From Trypanosoma brucei (lineage: Eukaryota): DNA of 64,000 nucleotides. Shown here piece after piece: positions 47,459 through 60,659 of the stretch. Each line of letters begins with the position of its first letter. The stretch's first letter is position 1. The DNA is taken from positions 160,001 through 224,000 of the forward strand of contig CP000069.1 in assembly GCA_000002445.1 (NCBI GenBank), given 5' to 3'. The notes beneath the pieces were generated by a model, which was not told where the DNA came from, searched no databases, and saw only the letters and a program-made list of their open reading frames with translations. Position numbers and translations under genes: made by a program.

Positions 47459-50400
47459 AAAAGACACCGTTTCTTCCAAAGACTGCGCGGGAGTTGCTCC
47501 TAAATTGCATTTCCTTCTCTCCTCGTAACATTAAGTGGTCGTGTTGTTGTTTTTTCTTCTTTCCTCTCGCGTGTGGAGGCGAGGCTGAAGACGAACTGCG
47601 GCGTCAGACTGCCAAGTGTGAGAAAGAGCGTGAAGTGGTGTGGGGATGATGCCAACGAAGATCTTTTTAATTTTTGGATGTGGGCTTACGTAGTTCGCTG
47701 GTAAATATACTTAAGATCTTTCTTTTTTTTTTTTGTTGTTGTATGTCTTTTTGATTTTGTTGTATTGATTGAATTATTCCCCTTGAGCTTTCTTGTCTTG
47801 TACGATACGTTGGCGAGAAGCTGGTTAAACGAAAACTTTGAAGGAAAAAAATGTGGGATGTGTTTGTGTCTGCTTGTGTGTGTAAACGTAATGGAGGCTT
47901 CCCCCCCCATTAGTGGCATGCATGCATTTCCGATGCCGACATGCGGTTTTCGGTGAGGGAACAATGCGCCTCACCGTATCATGTACCGTGAACTACAAGC
48001 CACAAAAATATGTGCTTGAATAGTAAGTCCTCCCAACTTCATTTCATGACCAGGAAATTAATCATGTCAAGCCATTGAGCAACTTTTTCTCTTCAGTGGT
48101 ATGCCTTTGTTCGTTTTCAAAAAAAAAAAGGAAGAATAAAGAGAAAGGGAGTGGGAAAACTTTTTTTTTTTTGCTACATGTGCCTTTTCTAGTGTGTGCG
48201 AGCGCCCGCTGCGAGGAATTGAGCTTTCTCCTTTCCTTCCTTTTCCTCCTTTCCCCTCTCTATGGATGAATCCAATTTAGGGTCCGCCGCTTTCTTGCTC
48301 GCTCCCGCCGTACGCAAAGGAATTATGCCGTTTACCTCAATCAGTTTTTTAGGGCGGCTTGTGGAAGTGCCTTCATCAGTACCGCTTACACCTTTGTTTC
48401 CCGGGTTAAACACACCTCCCGCGAAAAATAAATGAATAATAAATTCAGTTTATATTATATGTAATTATCCCAAGTGCGGCGGGTGGCTCTGCTGCCTTGA
48501 TGGAGAGCGGGCGGAGGTCCTTGTGAGGGTTTACAGCCGCCCTTTCAGTTTTTCTGTACTAACGTTCCTGCGGTGGAAATCATTCGCATTATCAGAGTAT
48601 TGTACGGTGTCTTAAGTTGATGTTTGCAGTAGCGGACCGGTGGACAAGACGAGCGAAGGTTCACCGCGCAAGGGCGAGAAAAAGCTTTCCCGCACGCTGA
48701 TTACAGCAGAAAACCTCACTTCTCCTCGGTCTACTTTAAAATCAATGTTGTCGACGCTCGGTTATTGTGACAGCGGGATTGCTTTTACAAGCAACACGTT
48801 GTCTTCTTTTTTTGTTTATTTCCTGTTGGGGTCCGTTGGAGTGGCGTTAAAGGCCTTGCTTTGGCGACAGGGCCGCCCAACAGGGTTTGGCTGGGGGCGT
48901 GACATCGCACTGGCGTCCATCACGTCCAGCGGGTTACTGGCGTGGTGAAGTCGCAGCTTTCTTTCAAGTGAGAATCCCCTGCTTGGCGGGAAAAAAATGG
49001 CTCTGCTTCTGATGGGAAAGGAGGAATTTTGTATTCTTTGACTTACTCCTGCGGTGATGTTGTGTTTGTGGTCCGCTTTTCAAGGGTGAGACCTCCGGGT
49101 TCTTAAACGGCACCATCCTCCCCGTTGGTCAGTTCTTTCGCGAAAAGGGTTTGTGTCCGCCGTGTTGGTTGCTGGATCGCCAACCCACAGAAGTTGCCGT
49201 TCCTCCACAGCATAGTTGTGTGAACAATGTTCCCCTTTGAGCAGATTAGCGTCGTCTCCATGCCTTGTTTCCTACTGCACCCGCTGCATTTGCATGCCTC
49301 AGTTGCGCAGTTAAGCATATCTTCATTCCTGTTTTCCGTGAGAGGCGAAGGGTTGCCGTGTCCTCAAGAGAGGTGTCCTTGAGGGTTGCAGTCTTTTACC
49401 GTGCTGGTTAGCTCCACGGCCTCCACCGAAAAGGGGAGAGCCCGAACGCTGGTTTCCCCATTTCCCCGTCTTTTCGATCAAGAACCCCTTGCTTTTAGTA
49501 GGTATTAGATCGGTAACTGGGAGATTGTAGCGGGTGTTCGTGTGTGGGGAGCGTTGCGCACTCGCACGGTTTTAAAATGGTTGTTATGTCAAAGCTGTTA
49601 TTTCCCTTTTGTTCACTATGCCATTTGTTAACCATCTTCCAGTTGTTTGTTATACTCCTATCGATGGATTGTCACTCCTTCAAATATGGTGCTGTAGTTT
49701 GAATACTCTCTTGGTGTGCCGCAAAGTGTGGGATACATAACGTGCCACAAGCTAGCGCTTCCAAGGGGGTTTAAACTCGGGAACTGTGAGTGTGAGTCTC
49801 GAACCAATGCGATGGTTCTGGTCTGCGCTGAAGGACATTTTATAGGGCCCCCGGATCCTCCCTGTGCCCAACTCGGTGATGCTGAGGTCGATGAATTCCT
49901 TCGTTCGCTACGAAACAAAGCATTGGGTTTGGTGGCATTTAGTGCGGTGCCTTCGATGGTGTTGTGCTTTCCTCTCCTGGAATGTGCTGGCTCGGGTTAA
50001 GATTTTAGCGGGTGCGGGGGAATGCGGCCCAACTTTTTTGCGCGAAATCTCTTGCATTGACTTGCCGCGTAACCCATGGTGGTTTCGTCAGCCTGGTAGG
50101 AGCTGAGACAGCAGCATAATGGGTGGATTCTCGTATCCATTCGTGTGGGCATGCTCCCCACTTGCATGGGTTCCATTTTTGAAACATTGGTGCACTGGGG
50201 GTGTGTTCCGTAGGAAGGGCCGCGCGGTTGGGGCTTTAAAAGCACGACTGTAACATCTATATAGTGAAGTGGCGGGTGTACGAGTTGGGAGTGCAACATT
50301 TGAGTGCGGTGTTTGTCCTGCATGCCCCCGACTGCTGGTTTTCAGACTTCTTCGATGCCCGGTGTTTCGTAGCAAAACATACCGCTGCCGGCCTAAATGC

Positions 50401-50649
50401 CGCTGATTCACCACAAAGTGCTTTTCAGTGCCCCCAAACTGGATTGCCAAACTTCTGACAAGTGTATTGTTCCGAGTATGGTGAGCGGACCCCTTCTCTA
50501 TTATCAATTCTCAAAAACTCTTCGGGAGTCAGGGCCCACGGAACCGAGGGGGCGGATGAGGGAGAGGGGGAAACAACAATTCCGCACCGCGAACAGGCAC
50601 CGCTCCCCTGGACCTCTTCCTCAGATGTGAGGTGCAGTCAGCCTTTGTT

Positions 50650-50975
50650 GTCATTGGGGTTAAGCGGAAAGGTGTGTGTCAGTAGGTTGTGAGGTGAAAG
50701 CGTTTTCAGATGCATAGTGAGCTTAATGTCCTTTTCACAGTATATCGTGTCTGATAGGTATCTCTTATTAGTATAGTCGAATACTAGTCAATAGTGCATT
50801 TTGTGCAAAATGTCCATTTTGTGGCAGTGATGGGGTTGCTTTATGCTATTCCGTGTCTTGATGGTCATACATTGAAAATAGGGGTTATCGGGTGAGTACT
50901 GAGTTTAACATGTTCTCGTGATCGCTGCACGCGCCTTCGAGTTTTTTTTCCTTTTCCCCATTTTTTTCAACTTGA
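50650..50975 (+). promoter_or_regulatory. candidate procyclin (RNA pol I) promoter and splice-acceptor region upstream of EP
   Basis: This is inference only. Procyclin units are known to be driven by a pol I promoter within a few hundred bp upstream of the first EP gene. A polypyrimidine tract ('gagttttttttccttttccccatttttttcaacttgaag') lies at 50936-50975. The exact promoter elements were not identified. Confidence 0.25.
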
Positions 50976-51008
50976 AGACTTCAATTACACCAAAAAGTAA
51001 AATTCACA

Positions 51009-51392
51009 ATGGCACCTCGTTCCCTTTATCTGCTCGCTATTCTTCTGTTCAGCGCGAACCTCTTCTCTGGCGTGGGATTTGCCGCAGCCGCTGAAGGACC
51101 AGAAGACAAGGGTCTTACTAAGGGAGGCAAAGGCGGGAAGGGAACCAAGGTCAGCGACGACGATACCAATGGCACTGACCCTGACCCCGACCCCGAACCT
51201 GAACCTGAACCTGAACCTGAACCTGAACCTGAACCCGAACCCGAACCTGAACCTGAACCGGAACCTGAACCTGAACCCGAACCTGAACCGGAACCCGAAC
51301 CCGAACCTGAACCTGAACCTGGTGCTGCAACGCTGAAGTCTGTTGCGCTTCCGTTCGCAATTGCGGCCGTTGGTCTCGTTGCCGCATTCTAA
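51009..51392 (+). CDS. EP: EP procyclin (procyclic-form surface coat protein), copy 1. It is 127 aa with DPDPDP, 21 Glu-Pro repeats and an N-glycosylation site NGT.
   Basis: It reads [19 protein letters not shown]... signal, [27 protein letters not shown](EP)21[26 protein letters not shown] signal. This is the textbook EP procyclin. Having the NGT site with about 20 EP repeats resembles the EP3/EP1 classes. Confidence 0.9.
   Translation: MAPRSLYLLAILLFSANLFSGVGFAAAAEGPEDKGLTKGGKGGKGTKVSDDDTNGTDPDPDPEPEPEPEPEPEPEPEPEPEPEPEPEPEPEPEPEPEPEPEPEPGAATLKSVALPFAIAAVGLVAAF
51176..51320 (+). repeat. (GAACCT/GAACCC)n hexamer repeat encoding the EP dipeptide tract
   Basis: Seen directly in the sequence. 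The unit-2 copy at about 58595-58727 is 12 bp shorter. Confidence 0.9.
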
Positions 51393-51600
51393 GCTCATGT
51401 AAAGAGAAATCTTTTTGGAGGGTCAAAACTTTTTAACAAGGGTGACCCCAACTGTTTATTTAACCCTTCCTTTGGCGCGATGCGCTCGCTTCATGGTGTT
51501 CCTTTGTGACAGGACACTGACACGCATAATATTTTTTTCAACCCATTTTTTTGAGTTCTATTTTTTGTTTTATGTCTTGGAACCGTCGGCGGTAGCACGC
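51393..51600 (+). promoter_or_regulatory. EP 3' UTR with U-rich elements (candidate stage-regulatory 3' UTR)
   Basis: U-rich stretches ('cataatatttttttcaacccatttttttgagttctattttttgttttatg') lie immediately downstream of the stop. Procyclin 3' UTRs are known to carry U-rich and stem-loop regulatory elements. The specific elements were not verified. Confidence 0.3.
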
Positions 51601-52362
51601 AGCCCTGTAGACTTCTGCGTGTGCCTGTCAATGTGTTCCTTGGCTCTTTTCAAACGGCTTCTTTTATCTTACCGTTCATATGGTTTTGTCAAAAATTCAT
51701 CCACTGCATTTGTGGTCCTCTCCTATGTCTCGTTCCTGCAATGGTTGACAGCAACCTCTTCCATTTGTGACTGAACTTTTTTTTTTTCAAACTTTTTGCC
51801 TTGTCCTTTTTTCGTACTGGGAAAATAGTTCCTTCTAAAACCTCAGGCTAGAAATGGGAGACAAATGGACTTTTGTTGACTCAAGCGATTTGTCCCTCGA
51901 TATTTCCGCCATCGCAGCTTCCGTTTGACACCGTGGAGTTGCAACATGGGAAGCAGCGGTTGAAGGAAGCACATTCCTGGTGATGATGCCTTCTTCGCCT
52001 ACGGTGGTGCATCATCATGTTTGTTAATATGTCGGGGAAACTTTAAAGCACCTTGAGGGAGTTCACCGTAACTGTTCAAAATTGAGGCCTGAGCGGTGTT
52101 TTGCCTTTTGACTTGCCTTTATTTAACTGTTCTCGTCAGGGGAGCGATTCAGTTGAGTGAGCTGCTGCCACTTTATCTGTTGGGGAGGAGAGGCTGCGGA
52201 GAGGGTAAGCGCGTTGTTTCCATGAACTTTACGTATTTACTGCACTGCCCTCTGTTTTGGTCCACTTTGTGAAATACTCTGGGACAATCAATGGAGAGTG
52301 TGAGATTTTTTGAAATACTTCTGGAGCATTCACCGGCTCGTCGGTCGTCATATGTTCTCGCA

Positions 52363-52500
52363 GTGTTTTCTCTCCCATATTCTTCGGGGCGGTATTGCAG
52401 TGAAAGTGCCATGCGGGACGCGTGTCAGAGCAGTGTTTGTCTCCCATATTCTTCGGGGCGGTATTGCAGTGAAAGTGCCATGCGGGACGCGTGTCAGAGC
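52363..52500 (+). repeat. 69-bp direct tandem duplication (x2) in the EP-to-PAG-like intergenic/UTR region; also present at 59770-59907
   Basis: The sequence 'tctcccatattcttcggggcggtattgcagtgaaagtgccatgcgggacgcgtgtcagagcagtgtttg' occurs twice back to back. Confidence 0.85.
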
Positions 52501-53252
52501 AGTGTTTGATGTTCCGGAAGTCTTCGGAGTTAGAGGGCAAATGCTCCTCTTCTCCTTTCGTGCGGCGTGATTCTCATACCGAGGCTTCCACTAAGCAGGC
52601 TGCAACTCTTCTGCTGACTTTTTGGTTTATTCTTTTCCCATATTTCAGTGTTGGAGTGTTTCTCTTGCCGCCCTTGGGAATCGGGCACAGTCATATGAAG
52701 GCGCTTGCTTCGGCAGCCAAAGGTGGTTCCGTTTGGTATTTCTTGTGGAGACATTTGTCTTCCTTTCCTTTTCGGCCACCTCTTTTCCCATGGAGAAAGG
52801 CCTCTGGTACTGTCCTGCCCGATGATCTTTGCCCCGTTCGTTCCATCATGAATAATAGTTACAAAAGTGTGTGTCGGTACGGCGGTGGATATTTCCCCAA
52901 TCGCTTTGGTTGCTTTTACTATTTTGTGGGGCGGTTTAAAGTTGGTAACTCAGTGCACTTCCAAAAAAATTGCGACTCGTACATTTGGTTTTATATGGAG
53001 GGTGGAAGAGCCGAAAACGTGTATGTGCTTGCTTGGATGAGTCGGAAAATAAATTCTAGTTTCCGTGTATTTTCCCTTCATTACGTCATATATGGCTTGG
53101 CCTTTAGATTTGTGTAAGGTATGTTTCTTTTCGAAGTTGGTATGCTGGCGGACGTGTTTGTTTAATGTAAATCAGCCAAGGTGTAAGAGTAGCTGTAATG
53201 ATAAGTTTCTGCTTCTCCCTTTTTTACTGATGAATGTAGAAACAAAATCACA

Positions 53253-54626
53253 ATGAGGCACGAATTAGTGTTTACCATTGGGTTGTTTGTGGCTGTTTTA
53301 TCTGATTCTTCTCAGATATTTTTGCCGCACTGGCGCGATTGGATCCAGGTATCTAAAAACGGGAGTATACTTACAACTCTCGTTAGTGAAGTCAACAACC
53401 ACCACAGCATTGGTGAATTCGAGGCACTTTGCAAGATTTACAGAATCACACAAGCGGAGACCCCGAAGCCTTCCTTTAAGAATCGTGAGAAGGAAGCTGA
53501 GATTCTGAAGAAGTTGGAGGAAATGGTCAGTGAAACTGAGGCTGTGGGTGGTGATAAAGGTTCAAGTAAGTTGGGTAAAAGAACGACGGCATATCAGGAG
53601 ATAAAGATACTTTTTGAGAAGGCGAAAAAGCTGAAGGAAGAAATAGAAGTGAATAGGACAAGATCGCTAAATGCAAGTCGTTCTGCTGAGGAAAATATGT
53701 TGAGAGCTGTGTATGGCGACGCTGTGGATGTGGCGAGAAATGAAAATAAAACTCTGGAGGAAGCCATGAGAGGAAACAAATCACTACTGTTCAACAGTGT
53801 TGATCATGCAAATATGAGTTGTGGTTCTTACGGAGACAAACTGGTTGGAAAGACACTGATCAATGACTTTTTCTGCCTATGTGTGGGAGAGGCGACAGAT
53901 TTACAAATAAGAAGCAATAAGTATTATGCACTCGACTTAAACTCAACTAATCACACTGTGTATAATGGGTTTAACTGTCCCTGCAAGGATGAAATAAGGA
54001 GACCTAAACATGGAAGTTGGACTATGATGGCTGATTATTGCCCAAGCAACTATAATACTTGCGACCCTAGAAAGGTAAAATACAACCATACTGAGGCATG
54101 GGATGTGATTAGTAAAGCTTGCGTGTACAAAAATGTTGCATCGAATGTGAAAACTCTGAAGAGTGCACTAGCTCAGTTTGATGCGTTGGTGAATTTAGAG
54201 CAGGATAATTATCAAATGAAGGGTATTCTTGGGTACGCGGATATTTCAGAAAACACAAATCGCATCTGCAACGGTTATACTGCTGGATTCACGTGTGTCA
54301 GTTACAATTACACACTTGAAAATGGTGGAATTCCATGGTACAACCGCCTCACTAACGCCACCAAGGAACTACAAGAAATGGCGAAGTATGCCAAAGAAGC
54401 TGACAGTCATCTTTACGAATTGGAAGAGTACCAACATGAGGCAGAGGAAATATATCTTGAAGTGAAACTTGGTGGTGATGCAGAGCTATGGAAGAGTAGC
54501 CGAGGTAAAGGCGAAGGTGACGGTGAAGGTGATGATACTGATGTAAATAATGATGGGCTCAACTATATAAATATTACAACTGACTTTCTTATATTATTGT
54601 TTTCATCTTTTATTTGTATATCTTAG
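53253..54626 (+). CDS. GPI-anchored surface protein immediately downstream of EP: procyclin-associated-gene (PAG)-like or GRESAG2-like, copy 1
   Basis: A 457-aa ORF with an N-terminal signal peptide (MRHELVFTIGLFVAVLSDSSQ), a Cys-containing ectodomain with many N-glycosylation sites, an acidic G/E/D-rich linker and a C-terminal hydrophobic GPI-type signal (ITTDFLILLFSSFICIS). Its position mirrors that of the PAG genes in known procyclin loci. The family call is by position and architecture only. Confidence 0.45.
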   Translation: MRHELVFTIGLFVAVLSDSSQIFLPHWRDWIQVSKNGSILTTLVSEVNNHHSIGEFEALCKIYRITQAETPKPSFKNREKEAEILKKLEEMVSETEAVGGDKGSSKLGKRTTAYQEIKILFEKAKKLKEEIEVNRTRSLNASRSAEENMLRAVYGDAVDVARNENKTLEEAMRGNKSLLFNSVDHANMSCGSYGDKLVGKTLINDFFCLCVGEATDLQIRSNKYYALDLNSTNHTVYNGFNCPCKDEIRRPKHGSWTMMADYCPSNYNTCDPRKVKYNHTEAWDVISKACVYKNVASNVKTLKSALAQFDALVNLEQDNYQMKGILGYADISENTNRICNGYTAGFTCVSYNYTLENGGIPWYNRLTNATKELQEMAKYAKEADSHLYELEEYQHEAEEIYLEVKLGGDAELWKSSRGKGEGDGEGDDTDVNNDGLNYINITTDFLILLFSSFICIS

Positions 54627-55200
54627 TTTGTGATTAATTTGGTAATTGCTTTGTGTGGTGTCGCTTTTTTTTTTTCTTTGTGGAGGGGAGGAGGAGGGAT
54701 GTTGTATTTGTGTGCAGTTGTTTTCAAATTAATTATAAATTTGGTAACAAAAATTTCTGCAAATGTTGCTTTTGACTGTGTTTGAGCGTGGCTGTTGGGA
54801 CGTTGACGGGGAATCGCCACGGCAGGGTCATTTCCCGAGAGGGTGCCGATACGTTGTGTTACTTTTTCATTTTCACATCGCGCAAGGATATGGGTATGCT
54901 ACTATTAACAAATCATTTAGCTCCTATCTAGTACGCTCCGCTGCGGCAGAAAAATAAGGGGCCACGAGCCAAATTCTATGTGTCTACGAGCACTGTCAGC
55001 CTTCCAAGGACTCTCGGATCTCTATCGCAGCGAGTTTAGGTTAAAAGTGGGATGAAGAACTCCTCCTTCTGCTTGTTCCGGCCGAACATAGAGGCGTGAC
55101 GGCAGCTCCTTCGTTTCCATCCACGGAGGACACAACATTCGCTGAATTATCTCTTAATGGAGCGTTTTTTTGTTTTTAAGTGTAAAATAACTGTCTGGTG

Positions 55201-55217
55201 TATATATATATATATAT
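55201..55217. repeat. (TA)8 microsatellite; second copy at 62609-62625
   Basis: Seen directly in the sequence. Confidence 0.9.
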
Positions 55218-58200
55218 TGACTGAAAGAAGGAGTCGAGAGCGTCTTTTCCGAGTGCACTTTTCTCCGGCGGATCTCCCACTAACCTGTGGCGTAGGGCTA
55301 TGGCTCCCAAAACACGTGTAAACACTACTGTATGATGTGGGTTATCGTGTTCATTGGCGTGGTAGTACTCTTTAATCCAGCGTATTCCATGTTTGATGTC
55401 ATTGTGTATTTAGAAGCCCACTTTGGAGTAGATCCTTATCCCGGCCTCGGAGGGGATACTGCACACAGTTGCAACGCGTTGACGATGGAGCTCAGGGGCG
55501 CTGTTGGTTAGGTTTTCAAGTTTTGGAGTGACCCAATCTGTGTATTTTCTAGAGCTGAACCGTTAAGCTGCTGAGGGATGCATATTTATGCGGTCACTGT
55601 TAACTTCAGATGAGTTGTTCATCTGCTGAAGCCGTTTCCCCGGACGGTGGCTCTTTATCTCCCTATGTGTTATCCTGGCTTCACTTTGTAAGGCCGCTGC
55701 CTTCACTAGGTTTGTTTTCCTGGTGTCTGACCCTTTTCTGTGGAGGTATCCCGCCTTTCAATTTGCTTGCGATGTTGCATTCCCTGAACTGTGGCGGATT
55801 TGATTCTGTAGCCTTTTCCGTTGGGAGAGCCAAACTCTCAGTCATTCTCCAACCCTGTGTTTCACCACTTGTTTTTACTTTGTTTTTATACCTTCGTTTG
55901 ATTCTGTAATTTTCGTTGCGCGTTTAGTCTGCGCCTACTCCGCTCTCACTGTTTATCTTCAGTTACTTGCTCACAGAAAGTCTGAGCAGATTCGTGGCAG
56001 CTTGTTCCCACTTTACGCATTTATCGACGGGCAAATTCTCGTTACCCTGCGAAGGTGCTCTGGGACTTGGTAAGTAATCAGCTTCTTTTGCTGGCACAAC
56101 ATTTCGGTTTGTTTCAGTAGCTTGGTGACGAGACGTTTTATCACCATCTGGGTTTTACTGTTTCTCGCCTGTGTCTACGTGGCCGTTGTTTTGTGGCTTA
56201 ACCGTCCCTCTGGACTGAATGTTTGAAGCTATATTCATGAAGAACTGCGCGAGTTCCACGTATTGGTTCCTTCCTTTTCTGTTCCACTGCGCTCATCAAC
56301 CCCATTCCTTCTCATCCTTGGTGTCCTCGAGTTTTTGGAGGAAGTGCCTGATCGTCTCTCGGTATTCTGTTCTTCCGTTGTTGCGAACCTCCCTTCACTT
56401 CCCTTCCCGACTGTGCACTATTTTTTGTTTTTGCACCACGTAAGTCTGGCTTGTCTGAGGAGTTTCAAATATTACCCTGAACGCCGCCTGCTTTCCGTTG
56501 TTATGTTCCACCTCTTTGTGCCTCCATCCGTAGTTGTTCCTGGGGCGATGACAATTCCAGGATCGTGCTACCGTGTGTGCGTTAGATTACCGCCCCCTGC
56601 ATCAAGTAGGACATACTGAATCCGCGAAGGCTCTCCGGCTTTCGTGAGGTGTTTCTAGCAACTATCACCTTTGTTTCTTCAACTTCTTGATTTATTGTCT
56701 TTTACTCATCTATTATCTCCCTTTTCTTTAGGTCCTGCATGTCAAAAAGTATACTGTCATATTGGGCGGGAAATCATATCATAACTGTGGTATGGTTTTG
56801 AGGGTTGCAGTCTTTTACCGTGCTGGTTAGCTCCACGGCCTCCACCGAAAAGGGGAGAGCCCGAACGCTGGTTTCCCCATTTCCCCGTCTTTTCGATCAA
56901 GAACCCCTTGCTTTTAGTAGGTATTAGATCGGTAACTGGGAGATTGTAGCGGGTGTTCGTGTGTGGGGAGCGTTGCGCACTCGCACGGTTTTAAAATGGT
57001 TGTTATGTCAAAGCTGTTATTTCCCTTTTGTTCACTATGCCATTTGTTAACCATCTTCCAGTTGTTTGTTATACTCCTATCGATGGATTGTCACTCCTTC
57101 AAATATGGTGCTGTAGTTTGAATACTCTCTTGGTGTGCCGCAAAGTGTGGGATACATAACGTGCCACAAGCTAGCGCTTCCAAGGGGGTTTAAACTCGGG
57201 AACTGTGAGTGTGAGTCTCGAACCAATGCGATGGTTCTGGTCTGCGCTGAAGGACATTTTATAGGGCCCCCGGATCCTCCCTGTGCCCAACTCGGTGATG
57301 CTGAGGTCGATGAATTCCTTCGTTCGCTACGAAACAAAGCATTGGGTTTGGTGGCATTTAGTGCGGTGCCTTCGATGGTGTTGTGCTTTCCTCTCCTGGA
57401 ATGTGCTGGCTCGGGTTAAGATTTTAGCGGGTGCGGGGGAATGCGGCCCAACTTTTTTGCGCGAAATCTCTTGCATTGACTTGCCGCGTAACCCATGGTG
57501 GTTTCGTCAGCCTGGTAGGAGCTGAGACAGCAGCATAATGGGTGGATTCTCGTATCCATTCGTGTGGGCATGCTCCCCACTTGCATGGGTTCCATTTTTG
57601 AAACATTGGTGCACTGGGGGTGTGTTCCGTAGGAAGGGCCGCGCGGTTGGGGCTTTAAAAGCACGACTGTAACATCTATATAGTGAAGTGGCGGGTGTAC
57701 GAGTTGGGAGTGCAACATTTGAGTGCGGTGTTTGTCCTGCATGCCCCCGACTGCTGGTTTTCAGACTTCTTCGATGCCCGGTGTTTCGTAGCAAAACATA
57801 CCGCTGCCGGCCTAAATGCCGCTGATTCACCACAAAGTGCTTTTCAGTGCCCCCAAACTGGATTGCCAAACTTCTGACAAGTGTATTGTTCCGAGTATGG
57901 TGAGCGAATCCCTTCTCTATTATCAATTCTCGAAAACTCTTCGGGAGTCAGGGCCCACGGAACCGAGGGGGCGGATGAGGGAGAGGGGGAAACAACAATT
58001 CCGCACCGCGAACAGGCACCGCTCCCCTGGACCTCTTCCTCAGATGTGAGGTGCAGTCAGCCTTTGTTGTCATTGGGGTTAAGCGGAAAGGTGTGTGTCA
58101 GTAGGTTGTGAGGTGAAAGCGTTTTCAGATGCATAGTGAGCTTAATGTCCTTTTCACAGTATATCGTGTCTGATAGGTATCTCTTATTAGTATAGTCGAA

Positions 58201-58427
58201 TACTAGTCAATAGTGCATTTTGTGCAAAATGTCCATTTTGTGGCAGTGATGGGGTTGCTTTATGCTATTCCGTGTCTTGATGGTCATACATTGAAAATAG
58301 GGGTTATCGGGTGAGTACTGAGTTTAACATGTTCTCGTGATCGCTGCACGCGCCTTCGAGTTTTTTTTCCTTTTCCCCATTTTTTTCAACTTGAAGACTT
58401 CAATTACACCAAAAAGTAAAATTCACA

Positions 58428-58799
58428 ATGGCACCTCGTTCCCTTTATCTGCTCGCTATTCTTCTGTTCAGCGCGAACCTCTTCTCTGGCGTGGGATTTG
58501 CCGCAGCCGCTGAAGGACCAGAAGACAAGGGTCTTACTAAGGGAGGCAAAGGCGGGAAGGGAACCAAGGTCAGCGACGACGATACCAATGGCACTGACCC
58601 CGACCCCGAACCTGAACCTGAACCTGAACCTGAACCTGAACCCGAACCCGAACCTGAACCTGAACCGGAACCTGAACCTGAACCCGAACCTGAACCGGAA
58701 CCCGAACCCGAACCTGAACCTGAACCTGGTGCTGCAACGCTGAAGTCTGTTGCGCTTCCGTTCGCAATTGCGGCCGTTGGTCTCGTTGCCGCATTCTAA
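58428..58799 (+). CDS. EP: EP procyclin, copy 2 (123 aa; one fewer DP and one fewer EP than copy 1)
   Basis: Identical to copy 1 apart from repeat-tract length. Confidence 0.9.
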   Translation: MAPRSLYLLAILLFSANLFSGVGFAAAAEGPEDKGLTKGGKGGKGTKVSDDDTNGTDPDPEPEPEPEPEPEPEPEPEPEPEPEPEPEPEPEPEPEPEPEPGAATLKSVALPFAIAAVGLVAAF

Positions 58800-60659
58800 G
58801 CTCATGTAAAGAGAAATCTTTTTGGAGGGTCAAAACTTTTTAACAAGGGTGACCCCAACTGTTTATTTAACCCTTCCTTTGGCGCGATGCGCTCGCTTCA
58901 TGGCGTTCCTTTGTGACAGGACACTGACACGCATAATATTTTTTTCAACCCATTTTTTTGAGTTCTATTTTTTGTTTTATGTCTTGGAACCGTCGGCGGT
59001 AGCACGCAGCCCTGTAGACTTCTGCGTGTGCCTGTCAATGTGTTCCTTGGCTCTTTTCAAACGGCTTCTTTTATCTTACCGTTCATATGGTTTTGTCAAA
59101 AATTCATTCACTGCATTTGTGGTCCTCTCCTATGTCTCGTTCCTGCAATGGTTGACAGCAACCTCTTCCATTTGTGACTGAACTTTTTTTTTTTCAAACT
59201 TTTTGCCTTGTCCTTTTTTCGTACTGGGAAAATAGTTCCTTCTAAAACCTCAGGCTAGAAATGGGAGACAAATGGACTTTTGTTGACTCAAGCGATTTGT
59301 CCCTCGATATTTCCTCCATCGCAGCTTCCGTTTGACACCGTGGAGTTGCAACATGGGAAGCAGCGGTTGAAGGAAGCACATTCCTGGTGATGATGCCTTC
59401 TTCGCCTACGGTGGTGCATCATCATGTTTGTTAATATGTCGGGGAAACTTTAAAGCACCTTGAGGGAGTTCACCGTAACTGTTCAAAATTGAGGCCTGAG
59501 CGGTGTTTTGCCTTTTGACTTGCCTTTATTTAACTGTTCTCGTCAGGGGAGCGATTCAGTTGAGTGAGCTGCTGCCACTTTATCTGTTGGGGAGGAGAGG
59601 CTGCGGAGAGGGTAAGCGCGTTGTTTCCATGAACTTTACGTATTTACTGCACTGCCCTCTGTTTTGGTCCACTTTGTGAAATACTCTGGGACAATCAATG
59701 GAGAGTGTGAGATTTTTTGAAATACTTCTGGAGCATTCACCGGCTCGTCGGTCGTCATATGTTCTCGCAGTGTTTTCTCTCCCATATTCTTCGGGGCGGT
59801 ATTGCAGTGAAAGTGCCATGCGGGACGCGTGTCAGAGCAGTGTTTGTCTCCCATATTCTTCGGGGCGGTATTGCAGTGAAAGTGCCATGCGGGACGCGTG
59901 TCAGAGCAGTGTTTGATGTTCCGGAAGTCTTCGGAGTTAGAGGGCAAATGCTCCTCTTCTCCTTTCGTGCGGCGTGATTCTCATACCGAGGCTTCCACTA
60001 AGCAGGCTGCAACTCTTCTGCTGACTTTTTGGTTTATTCTTTTCCCATATTTCAGTGTTGGAGTGTTTCTCTTGCCGCCCTTGGGAATCGGGCACAGTCA
60101 TATGAAGGCGCTTGCTTCGGCAGCCAAAGGTGGTTCCGTTTGGTATTTCTTGTGGAGACATTTGTCTTCCTTTCCTTTTCGGCCACCTCTTTTCCCATGG
60201 AGAAAGGCCTCTGGTACTGTCCTGCCCGATGATCTTTGCCCCGTTCGTTCCATCATGAATAATAGTTACAAAAGTGTGTGTCGGTACGGCGGTGGATATT
60301 TCCCCAATCGCTTTGGTTGCTTTTACTATTTTGTGGGGCGGTTTAAAGTTGGTAACTCAGTGCACTTCCAAAAAAATTGCGACTCGTACATTTGGTTTTA
60401 TATGGAGGGTGGAAGAGCCGAAAACGTGTATGTGCTTGCTTGGATGAGTCGGAAAATAAATTCTAGTTTCCGTGTATTTTCCGTTCATTACGTCATATAT
60501 GGCTTGGCCTTTAGATTTGTGTAAGGTATGTTTCTTTTCGAAGTTGGTATGCTGGCGGACGTGTTTGTTTAATGTAAATCAGCCAAGGTGTAAGAGTAGC
60601 TGTAATGATAAGTTTCTGCTTCTCCCTTTTTTACTGATGAATGTAGAAACAAAATCACA

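Larger units (their letters stand above)
49380..56799. repeat. 7.42-kb tandem unit 1 (EP procyclin plus PAG-like gene)
   Basis: All ORFs in 49658-56619 recur at offset 7419, or 7407 after the EP repeat-length difference. Only a handful of substitutions separate the two units. Confidence 0.9.

Noticed and set aside
49780-49805. tRNA-like T-arm motif (reverse complement 'ggttcgagactcac')
   Set aside because: The surrounding sequence cannot be folded into acceptor, D or anticodon arms. The same sequence recurs at 57199-57224 only because of the 7.4-kb duplication.
52491-53117. 208-aa ORF between EP and the PAG-like gene (and 59898..60524)
   Set aside because: Low-complexity, spans the 69-bp tandem duplication, has no signal peptide or domains, and sits where a long 3' UTR or intergenic region is expected.
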